This document shows positions 1 to 12,200 of a stretch of 64,000 nucleotides of DNA, piece by piece (position 1 is the first letter of the stretch; each line of letters starts with the position of its first letter). Both the position numbers and the translations under genes were made by a program. Under the pieces are notes generated by a model that saw nothing but the letters and a program-made list of their open reading frames with translations, had not been told where the DNA came from and ran no database searches. Origin of the DNA: Ancylonema sp. (taxonomy: Eukaryota); assembly GCA_050230475.1 (NCBI GenBank), contig JBFLGF010000068.1, forward strand, positions 1 through 64,000, written 5' to 3'.

Positions 1-1573
1 TTGTGACATTGATTGTACAGATAGGCTTAGTTCACACGAGGAAGGTGTAGAAAGTAGGCACGTTGTACATAGGTAGGAGGAGCAAAGCATTCAATGTGAC
101 CACTGCACTACAAGTGGAAAGTGGCTCAGAATATTGATTGTTATGATTATGATAACATAAGAATGTGGGTGGTTGGCTTGTTCAATCCCTCTTGTCTCGA
201 ATGGGAGGGCGAATTTCCACAAAAAAATATTCGTTGGGATGAGTGTCATGGAACATGCGCATGTGTTGTCATCTGATCTTGGTAGCAAATCATTGGAGAC
301 CCGGGTTCAATGCTAGGCGATATTTTTTATTCGGGTTACTAACGCCGTGCAAGGTACGCAATTTCATCATGTTTCGGCATCCAACAACTCTTCACAACTC
401 TTCACAACTCTTCCAATCTCTTGTTTGGCCCCCGCCATTGAGTAAAATGTACGCGGTTACGTTTGATGAGTGATACATTTCAAAATACGGGTGAATTATT
501 GAATCATCAACCACCGTGCTTTTTGCAAACGTGATCAGAGTTGAAGGCCCAAGATTCCTCCTACGTAAAATTTTGGGCCTAATGCAGCAGTCACCACGAA
601 GGTGGATTCAATCAAGTGTTGATCAGAGGGTTGGCATTTGCCGCGACATGGTGCTCGACGTTTTGGGTATACTACAAGAGTTGTTGAAACTAACACGGCT
701 TTGTGACCAATCAGTTTTTGTGCACTAAATCGTCGTTGTAATCGACTACGCTACGTTTGCACCAACTCGACGGGTCGAGGCAATAAATTCTTACATTTTT
801 GTAGCTGGTTGTAACCGGTTTGGTGTTTCTAAATCGTATGGACCAGGAGGACATCCACCGGTGCTTGTAATATGATGTTACCATAAGTGACGCATTGTCA
901 ATCAACGATGAAAGGAGCACAAACATACTTCTCTGAAAGCATATGTCATAGGCATATCGAAAAAGATGGAACAATGTGGTTGTAGATGGTCGAATGCACA
1001 CAAAGGGGCTTACTTCACAGGATTTGGCAATGGCTAGAAAATCAAGTACATAAGACATCTTGGACACCAATCGTCCAATCTGCCACTTATAAACTTACAA
1101 CGAAAAACAAATAGAGCGCCGAACAAAATTGAAAATGGCGAAAATCTTATATCTGAAAGACATCACTAAGTTTAAGCTCCTATCACTTAATGGAAACGTC
1201 AATGCTTTGACGTCGATGCGTTTGTGGCTCCTTTCATCATATAAACCAACATTTTGTCGATGACTCAAAGAGGGCACCAGATCGATGTACTCTATGTTGT
1301 GTTTGTTCTTATATTTTTGCTTTCCTTATTGACCCGAAAGCAAACGCAAACGCAAACCGGTCAATATGAGGTGCATGATGTTTTCGACATATCAACATCC
1401 GACAAATACTTCAATGGAACGATTGTTTTTCGTCCCGTTATTTTTTGCGATCGATCGGTACACACAACGGCGGCGGATCGGAGGATCGATGGGAGACCTA
1501 ACTTTATCCGGATATACGTATGGTCCTTATCGCTTCTCCTCGGTATCGTCCACCGCGTCGAACCTTTCACATA

Positions 1574-2240
1574 CCGTACTGGGCACCCTAAATGATTTCT
1601 GTTTTTCCAAAATTAATCATTTTCGTAATGATTTTTCAAAATGATCCTGGGATTCCGTTAGTTATCATCGATGATTTCTGGTAATGGTTTCATGAATCCA
1701 TTAGTTATTATCAATGATTTTTGGGGATGGTTTCAGATTGTAGGAATAAAATGCGTAAAATATTTCCTTGTTTAGGAATAAAAAATCAAATGATTTGTCT
1801 TTATCTCGGTCATTCTTACATATTTACCTTACATTTTGACGTCACAAGTGCACGTGGCAAGCACTCGTACTAGTCGCGATATCTCAACCGGCCACAATTT
1901 TGTCGTTATGGATGATCTAAATATATCGTGTAGCGCGTCTAATCGGTAATATTTCCCATATCGTGGGACTTTTGGGCTCGGTACGTAGTTTCTAACGTTG
2001 TAGATGTCGCTCGTCCAAAAATGTATCCCTCTGCACGTGCCTACTCTGTCGTGTACGGTACCCTGTTTCATCACATCTAGAGTCACATCCACGTGACCCC
2101 GAATTTCCCGTAAATGATACCTAAAACGGGTTTTATTAATGATTTTGAGTATTTTTTTTATACCATTGAGTAATTAATTTAAATGATTACTTTCGGGTTT
2201 CAATAATTAATTAAAATTCATTTACGGTGCCCAGTACGGG
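1574..2240. mobile_element. Non-autonomous TA-flanked DNA transposon (Tc1/mariner-type MITE)
   Basis: Left end TA|CCGTACTGGGCACCCTAAATGA is the near reverse complement of right end TCATTTACGGTGCCCAGTACGGG|TA. AT-rich non-coding interior. Confidence 0.7.
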
Positions 2241-3295
2241 TATCTACAAAAAATGCAAAAAAAAACGTCACGTGGCAGTCAACCTTCATTGGCAAAAACA
2301 ACACAGGCAAATCGAAAATGTAATCTTCGATGACTTGACAGATCAACATCTGTCTTCGTACGATGTCATCGTCGTCATGTCGTTTCCACTGGTCATAGAA
2401 TCGACGCTACCTCCACGTGCGGTGAGCGGACAGATTCCAAAGAAACGACAAGCACTTGAAACGGGCATTCGTCAGGGTGCGTGAACAGGCGTGATGCAAA
2501 CGTGAGTACATAAGGATAAGGGGATTTAATAACAGGGCGTGAGAAAGGCGTGATTTTTTTCACGGCCCTTAGGGGGCGACCACGATCACCGCCAACCGCC
2601 GACCGCTCGATTCTGGTCAAGCAGTTTCATCGGGACCACAGCAGTGGAACCTTCCTATTTAGATCCGGTCGTTTCATTCCAGCGTGTCATGGAGGATGCA
2701 CAGTTTGCGTACATATATTTTCGGAAATATCCAGCGCTGTACTGCTGTCGGTGCATTCGTGTTTGAGGGAAGCCTAAAGAGCGATATCGTTTCAGAACCG
2801 TGACGAGCAATCAAAAACCATATGACCGTTCGCCTCTGGTTGCCGCCAGTAACATAGACCTCGGAATTCATCCAGCCACGTGTGATGATAACTTAGAGGG
2901 ATATTTTGCACCTCTTTTAACCCAAAAAAAAAAAAAAACAAAAACAAAAATGATGTCGTGCTCTCTCGTAGCATCAAACTGTATCGGAAATACTTTTCAA
3001 TACCCGTTCAAATTCACTGGACTACTGCAAGTGTTTTTTTGGGAGGAAGCGTCCAGAGCGAAGGTTTATTCCTGAAAATGTCTAAAAGAACGTCTTTCTT
3101 TTCATGTGTCACTTCGTCTTCCACTGTCAGAGCTATGTCTGATTGACACATACAGAAAAACGTAGCGACCTGCACATATTGGTTAAAGAAGTTTCTTATG
3201 ATATGACCTGAATCTCGGTGATTGTTTGTTGTGATTGGCCAACCTTCTCGCCGAATGATTTAGAAAAGCACACCACCTAGATTGATTGAGCTTCA

Positions 3296-6200
3296 ATGTC
3301 TGAAGGAATCAACATTTCTGAGGTACCGGACGCTTCCCTCTACAAATTCATTAACGTGTGCGTGGACCGGCAGAATGGAAGTCTTGTCGAAAAGTTTGTG
3401 ATTCCTCCCGAGGAGATTTCGAGATTCTGCCAAACCGTCTGCCCCCGCAGGTCAGGTTAATTACGTATGCTGTGTTCTGAACATTTAAGATTGTTTCCAT
3501 GTACTTCGTTCAGTACCATGTGAGAATCAGAATCAAGATTCTGAGCGCAGCAACAAAATATGTGTTGCTGATATGTGCATAAATATTCGTAGGTTACAAA
3601 TGTGATATTCTACCTCTTCATTCAACTCAACTGAACTGAATTATACTCGATCTGTAGTCATTTACATTGAGTGCTGATTGCAGCCTTTTCATAGGCGTTT
3701 GTGTTGACTTACGTACAGTGTCCTCGAGGATCGACTTCAAATTGCTCGACAAATCTGCTACCGTCGATGTTATTGGTCTTTGCGGACATCGCGAGCCCAT
3801 GCTAAAGTTTCTTCGTCGGGCAGGTGCACTCCGAAGAGAAAATGACGACGACGTCAATCAGACCCCCCCACCGATGACCGAAGCTGGCATATACGGGTTT
3901 TCCTTACCTCGGCCGGCCATCCAAGATGCCGAAGGAAAAACAACCGGGGTGACCAGGCCAACTCAATGTCTCGTTTTGTGGCCCAGCAGTGACGAGATGG
4001 GAGACGAAGAGGACATCAGGCTTTCAACAACTCTCTTGCGGTACCTCATACAGCTTACCGGCCAGGTAAAAATGAGATTGCGATCACAAGATAGTATACA
4101 TCTCCATAGTTTTGAACGCATGCGTGTGGTATTTTTTCACAATACGGTAGTTTGTTGTGTAGTCTTGAATCGATATTGTCATGTCCGTAAAAGCGAGGAC
4201 ATACGTACGGGAGGCTAGACCGCAAGGGTATAGGAACTTCTTGAAGTATGGTTGTGCTACTCATGTTGTTGTTGATCCTTCCAAACCTTTGAGGATATGA
4301 ACCAAGGTGTATTGAATACTATTTTTTCCGTGATTTCGTGATAGATCGGCGTGTGTCTCAACAAGGAGTGCGGTCAAACGTTCCCGACTGATCGCAAAAA
4401 GCCGCTTGCAAGGCGACTACAAAAATTTAAGATTGAAGACAAGACTCTCGAGGAGGACAGATTTGAGCTTCATCTAGGATTCGAAAAGGAAATACTCCGC
4501 GAGGGACTGAGGCCAACGTTTACGATTCTAACACCATCTACGGAGGGCGTTGCTATGTTGCGGGGAGAATTACTCACAGTGGAGAACCTGCAAAGGAAGA
4601 GGAAGGAGTCGATTCTTGTCGAACCGAAGTACATCGCGATGCAGGTTCGCGTAACTTTCGTGCTTGCAAAGAGTTCATTTCCATATTCCCCATCTGAAAT
4701 CGGAAAAGAAGTTACCGATACGTTATCGATTTTCGTATGTCGGAAGATTATCTTGTTTGTTAGTGATGTGTTTAGTCTTGTATTTAAGTCGTGGAAGCAT
4801 GGCTTACTTTCATATTTTCGATGGTGTTTACGCAGAAATTCATCGGCGGCTTCATCGTAAGCGTTTCCGAAGACATGCCGGGTGCGGAGAAGTTGCTCTA
4901 CTTCTCAAATGTATCTCCAACGTGTCAAGCTCTTGTGGAGGAGTTCGATGCGCGACGGCTAGACCTGCGAAAGCACCGACAAGAGTCGACGGATGCGTCG
5001 GTGAAAGAGCGAAACGAATTCATGGAGAAGGCAATCGATGGCTTAGAAATGGTGCAACTCGCGGTTCTGAGTGAGAGGATTCAGCCTATATGGCCATATT
5101 TGGCCGCTTCTTTGTTGCCAGATTGTGATGACGTGGAGGCATGCAAGCGGTGTCTCACGGAGTGTGGCGTTGCCATGCTAGACTTGTTCCCTCCTCCCGA
5201 TGGGGAACGGAACGAACTCATGATTGGGTTGGAAGAGAGAGTGGTTCTGTGCATTGTGCTTGGTGTTCAACAAAAAGGCGAAGGGTTGTCAGGCGACCAG
5301 CTGTGGGGCTACTTGACGTGGGACGGACGTCGGGTTCGTGAAGAGTTAAAACCTCCGCCTCGTAATCTTTTCGGTAGAATCTCGTCACTATGGAATCGCC
5401 CTATCTCGTCTTCTGAAATTTTGGATGTGGTTAGGTATGTACTCGACACTCACGAGTGCCAAATGATCGTAGATAAAAATAAGCAGGGAGGGAGGAAATT
5501 ATTTGTCGACCTCAAGCTTGCCTTGGAAAAAATGGTGCGTAAAATGCTACCCGAAGTCGTGAAGAAGATTCGATCTAGTGTGGAGGCTCAGAAAGTCGCG
5601 CTAGATAGGCTTCTAAAGGAGGAAGATGTAGAGGGGAGTAGGCTGTGGCAAGAGTTATCGGAGAAACTCTCGAATGAAGCAACACTCGTGGCGGATGACG
5701 CGTGGGACGCTAAGCAAAGATTGGACGCGACTCTCTTAGAACCGTTGGGTAGGCTGAAAATGGAGGTGACGGCATGCAAGCAAGGGAAGTTTGAAGAGTT
5801 GCGAGTCGAAGCCGATGCCGAATACCGTCCTAAGATGCCTTTGTGGCAAGTAACCGTGGAGCAACTCGTGGTGGAGAAAGGAGGGCTCAATACCTCGGGT
5901 ATCGACAAGAATAAATCAGTGCAACCAAAAAAATCAGGGATAGGGTCGTTCATGCTGTGCTCGTCCCTCTCAATCCGTGCTACGTGGTTGCAAAAAGGAA
6001 AACTGGTTATCGTGGTACAACACATATATAGTAGGTTCTCCGAAATTCGGTTGTGGGATATGCGTGCCAGAGAGACATCGGTCCTCCAAAAATTATTTCA
6101 TGGCATCCAAGCCGTCTGTTTTGATGACCGGCTTCGACTCTTGGGCATTTACGCGGAAGAGCAAGAGGGAGAAGTAGCGAAGGCTATGGAGACGTCCGGA

Positions 6201-9200
6201 GAAGGTAGTTCTGATATAGACCAGCCTCGCTCTCAGGTAGCGGTCTATCGATTCGATGAACACTTCCGAAGACTCTCGGTTGCGGTTCCACCAATCAATT
6301 TGCGTGCATATTCAGGTCGTGCCACGTTGAGAAAAATAGTGTTTTTGCACGGTTGCAACGTCTTAGCCCTCCTCGATGACTCCAACCGCGTCCGCCTCTT
6401 CGATGTTAGGCAACAACGGTTCCAAACCGATGAGATCAATCTTCCAAGCGGCTTCCCCGTAGGAGATATGGTTTCGGGAGCTGATGGTCGATACTTGATC
6501 GTAGTATCTCAACCTTCGTGTCAAGGAAAAATAGAGGTGCGTCCCTTCGCCTCTCCGACTTTCTTAAGGCTGCCGAGTCAATTTGTGGAAACATCAGGTG
6601 GGCCTTTTTCACTAATCGTTTCGTTACGAACTTGCATTTGTTTCCGTATTGAATGGTAAAATCGTATTGTATCGCATTGGTTTGTTGCCATGACTTGATG
6701 ATTTTATCATATCCCTTCTTTCTTTATTTGGATAATGTTAAACCACATAATCCGACGTGGAATATGTCATCTTTCGAACGTTACATTGTGGTCTCACTAC
6801 ACTCAATCTATCAACGTTTTGAATATTGTCGGGTTTTTTTTTTCGGGTGTTTTTATGTTTTTTTTTTGGCGATACTAGGTGACATTTCATCTACAGTGCT
6901 TGCCTCCTTCGGGGCCCAGCCCAAGCAACAACACCACCTTTGTTTCCAACGTGGGAAGTCCGCTCTCTTCACATCCGTTGTGGATTCGGAAAACAAAGAG
7001 CTCTCTCGGATCATCACCCACGATGCAAGCAAGGAGAAAGGATGCCGGGAGATCCGGCCAACGTACTTGGAGCACTTTTTTCGTGTCTTTGACAGATTCC
7101 CGGCCTTAGGTGCAATAGAATGTTCGAGGAAGGAGCTTGGACTTGCTTTGCACGTGTACTTCGATTGCGGTCCCAAGGTCGTGAAGAGTCTTGGCCTAGA
7201 CCGACGCGTGAGGAGGTACATGGAAGGGGTGTTTGAAGACCTTGTGAGCACGAAGAAGCCTCTACAACAACGGCAGTGGGTCCAGAATGTGTCCATTGCC
7301 TCTCTTGTCGTCGTTCCGAATCTCTTCTTAACTCGGAGGCACGGAGGAATCCATGGGGAGATAGGTGCGGTGGCTCATATGCCTTGTCCCAATTCAGATC
7401 GCCCGCGCGGAGGATAACCGGTTCCTTGTCCTCTCGGACGGGGTGATGCTACCCGAGGAGAACGTGCAATCCGTGAAGCAATGTGTGGCTTCCATTCGGT
7501 TGGGACTCTACTCAACTATCTTCGATTGGTGGAAGGGCCCGGTGATGGCGGTGTCGTCGATGGGAAAGCAGAGCACGGGGAAGAGCTACGCCCTGAACCA
7601 CCTCTTTGGGAGCTCCTTCGAGATCTCGGGGGCGAGGTGTACGGACGGGTGTTGGATGACGATATGCATTTCGGACAATGTGGTGTCAGTGGTTCTAGAC
7701 TTGGAGGGTTTCGGGTCGTTGGAACGGTCGGAGCAAGAGGACATGCTACTCACTGTATTCAATGCGGCGATATCGGGAATGACTATCCTTAGGTTAGAGT
7801 ATCGGCTGGACAGGGATATTCAACAAATGTTTGGACGTTTTCGTGCCGGTGTAGGCCTCATCAAAGGAGATGGTAGGTTGTTCCGAGGATCGTTGTGTCT
7901 CTCCATAAAAGATGTGGTCGAGAGAGATATAATCATGGTGGGGGAAGAGTTCCAGGAGAAGATACAACGGATAGTGAACCCTAGCCAAACTATTTCGTCA
8001 AGCGGGGGGGCTGACGCGGAGGGGGGTAGGGTTGAGGAAAACTTCATTTCGGCGATGTATGGCGGCGAGTTCAACATCTTTCCGTTTCCGCCGTTGGGAG
8101 AATCTGGGTACTACGAAGAGTTGCACAACATCGCCGATGAGTTACGCGGTCGCCACGTCATCTTCAAGTCCGGTGTGGAGTTCGTGACGTGCATGAAGAC
8201 GGTGATGGCCAAGATCCTTCTCAAGGATTGGAGCACCTTGGCGGGCCACGCCATCGAGTCTCGAGTGGAATACCTTGAAGACAACTTGGAGTGTGCGCTT
8301 AGGTTGGGGAGAATCAGTAGTGGGGGAGACGGGGAAAAGAGTTTGGGGGAGGAGCACTCGCTTGTCTATACACGCAAGAGCAGATTCCGGATATAGTCCT
8401 TGGTGACTTTCTTCGGGAAGGTCATCCGTTCACTCTAGAAAAAATTGTGTTCGTGGACGAAGGATTGGATTTCTCAATTTCGAGCCACGATGCGTTGGGT
8501 AAATGTGTCATGGGGAGTCTAATGCGGGAGTTCGAAAAGTTGGGAATCGTCCTTTGTGGTAGAAACCACATGCAATGGTCTGTATGGTTTCAAGAGGTTC
8601 TTGAAGCCGTCGTGAAAAGACGTGTTGGGCGGGTAGAGGTTTGGGCGAAATAAAATCTGGACGCTTTTCAGAAAGAGAGTCCGCAAATTGCGGGAGTGAA
8701 AAACGCGGGTGAATCAAGAGACGAGGCGGCAAAATTCATGCAGATCGTGTCTCTACGGTGTCGTCAACTCGAAAGGGAGTGGCAGTTAATGTTAACTCCT
8801 TCGAAAATAAATTACGTAGAGTGCGATGATGGTTGGTTTTCAATATCACTTTGCATGTAATGATGTTCGCCTCGTTTTTGTTATGCTTCGTCTTTCCGCT
8901 TTCAGATTGAGGATCATACGAAGAGACTCCAAGTAATGCTTTCGATGATTTCTTTCCAATCCCCTCAGTGACTCATGCGTGGTTGGAGTGGTTGTAGTTG
9001 TGCGGGTCTACTTGTTCCCACTATTGCGTACGATGCGTGGCGCGGGGGGGTCATGATGGCGAACTCGCACGACTGTTTGGGTACTCACAAGTGCGCGGAG
9101 GAGTGTGGATATTGCAAGCAAGGAAGTCTTCGTGGGTCGTGTGCGGAGAAGATGGGGCACTCTGGAGCGCATAATTACAGGTGGGTCGTCTCGGGCTCCG

Positions 9201-12200
9201 ATGCGAAGTTGAACAAAATGGAAGGAATTGAGTACCCTATCCATTGTTTGCGTTGATAACTTTACCTACGTGAAAATGACGCGTGAGACGATGGTCAAAT
9301 TGCCGATATGACGATGTGTGTCGTTAATGATACGAGCTCTAAGTGTAGCAATCTTATTGACTCGTTTCCTTTGGCTTCATCGGTTTCAGACAACGAGACC
9401 ACACGTGTGGACAACCTTGCGCCCTACAAAATTGTTTGAATTGCAACGGGAAGTGCTCAAAGATTGCCGGACATGATAAGCCATTCGCGGCGGGTTCTTC
9501 AATCGAAGATATTGGCGACCAAGTGGAGAAATCAAAGCACATGTGTAGTGCGGACGTCCACTTGTGGGGCGAAGGTTGCTCGGCTCACAATTGCAAGGGG
9601 CGCTGTCAAGTGGTGTACAGGAAGATACACATAGTGCACAAGTGCTTGGAAGGCGTTTGCAAGCACAAATGCTCCGTGGGGGATTGTCAACAGGTAGGTG
9701 TCGATGCCAAACCTCAACGGCTTCTTACATGCCTCATTCGTGATTCTCTTAAATATTTCCATTCCCAGTGTCTCTCACGCGGAAAGTAAAACACGGTAGT
9801 GAGTGCTTTTCCCGAGATTCTTCCCGACGACGTACTCAATCGAATTTTTATGTCATCTTACATTCTCCAGAGTTGTAGCGCCCGAGATCACTTCCACGCC
9901 TCATCCGAGTCAACTATCTACGCGAAAGAGACGGGATCGCCCATGAACAACTTTGGAAACTTGGCATTTTATGGAGAGCACTTTTGTGGGCAAACTCACA
10001 ACTGCAACAACAAGTGTGAGAGCAAAGGGATATGCAAATTCTCCATCGACTTATTCTTGGAGGATGAGGAATTCGTTGGGGCAAGGGGGTCGTTCAAAGT
10101 AAGACATCGAAGGGATGTAATTGGTAATTCGATAAAACCAGATTGCAATTGCTCTGGTGGTAGTTCGAATTTTATGATCCAACAAATAATCGGAAGTCAT
10201 TGATGTAGATCGATCTCATCTTTTTTGTGCTTGACTTTTGCAAAAAACATATATGGAAATACACTTGTTGTCATTCAAATGCCTTGCTTGGCTTTACAAG
10301 TGTTTGCATACTCTTCCACATAATACTAGTCAACTATGTCTAAATTTTTATGCAGTACAAAACAGCTTCGGTAGCCAACGGGGAGCGTAAGGATTGCACG
10401 ATTCCTATCTCTCCATTCACTCATGCGCATTCGGGTCTACATCGCCACTCGTCCGATCCCTCCGCGATGCACTATTGTGACCAGCAATGCCCAACTTGCC
10501 TCTACTTCTGCGAGCAACCTTTCGGTCACCACGGGTTGCATTCGGGGGCTCATGGCATGATGCGGAAATGTCTATTTGTTTATAAGGCTATGGTACGCAC
10601 TCTCCCTTGTCTCGTACAAGTCTTTATGAAGGTTGAGGACGAAAATTTAGCAAATCAGAAAATTAGTGGCATATCGATTGACTTCATGCTTATCGTGTTG
10701 TAAATCGTTTCCAAGCGCATGTTCACGTGGCCGTGGGATAAAATATTTTTCTTATTGGCTCAAACAAACGTGTGCCATCTGTCCATCCAGGAAATCGACA
10801 TCAACGAGCGCAAGTATAATGCTGGCGAGTGTGGAGTCGCGGAAATGTGTGACATGTTTTGTCGAACTTCAGGGCGGGGCCACATCCACTTGCAGCCATG
10901 CGATGCCCGGGAAGGGATGGGGTGCACACACGCTCCGAGGGATGGACGACGGCATGAAACCCGGCGCTACATCGGAATGGAATGCGATGGATCTCAGGAC
11001 GAGCTCACCCACGAAGCTCATTGGGCGAGCATGGGGTGGAGAGATTCATGCTCTGAATCCGAGCGCCAGGTGTGTACAAAACTAACATATTTGATCATGA
11101 TTTTGGAGTGTTTCCTTGATGATTCCACTTGTTGTCTATCTTGTTGTACTCTGTGTGAAACTACCTTATGGTGTAGGACGGGTGATTTGTAGCAATCGAT
11201 ATAAATCATTGATACAAGCTGGCTTTGCATTCTCTTCGATCAGGTATTTTCTCTTTGCCATGCATCTTGTGGTCATCCAAGACATCTTGAAGAGGGAGAG
11301 TGTCCCCCCCATTGCCAACTCCCACTTTGGCATGAACTTGTGGACCAAAGCCTTGTTCCTGCCAGTGGGTACGTCTCGCGAGACGGCCATTCATTCGCTT
11401 GCTCGCATCCAGGGGCGAGGGGCTTGTATCATGCGGTACTCGTGTTGGACATGTCTAGCTCAATGAGGGGAAAGTCGTGGGAAGAGCTTGTATCCGCAGT
11501 GCAAAAGTTTATACAATCAAGAGAGATCTCGGGGGGGAACGACCTTGTCACCATAGTGAAGTATAATCACTTCCCCGATTTTTTTTGCGAGCGCGTTTCT
11601 ATTGCACACGCTCTGGGATTATCTCTTTCGAAAATATATCCATATGGAGGAACCGATTTCGGTCTCGCCCTGCAACTTGCACACGATGGAATGCAAAGGT
11701 CTGTAGCGAGTCAACCACAATATCAGCCGCTCCTTTTGTTCATGTCCGACGGGCAAGGCACGAATGGTGTGGAGGAAATGGAGGCGATCAAGACAATCGG
11801 AGGGGTGGAGGTGTATGTAGTGGGCTTCGGAACTCATTGCTACTTGGAGGCAATGGATGTTTTTGCCAAAAAGGGCGGGGGCAACTTCTTTGAGTCCACA
11901 ACAGGAAGCCAATTACAAGAGGCATTTCTCGTGGTCGCATCAAACATGGAGCAAAGATTTTCGTTGGTGGCAAAGAAGGCTAGTACTTCAATTTTTCAAA
12001 CCAACTGCACGATGCATCTACCCACATTACGCTTAAAAGTGAAGTCATTTCATCTCTCATGATTATTTGTGGTTGAAACACACATATGTATTTCGTTGTT
12101 CATCTCATCATCTCGTATTTCTAATCGTTGCATGCTGGGTAGGTACGGAGGTGGTTGTGATTTTTAGATCATATGATCTTGGCATGAAAACAAAAGGTTT

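Noticed and set aside
91..1280. Old transposase or viral coding remnants (also 14400-15050 and 33500-36450)
   Set aside because: No motif I could recognise with confidence in any frame; needs tblastx against TE and viral protein libraries.
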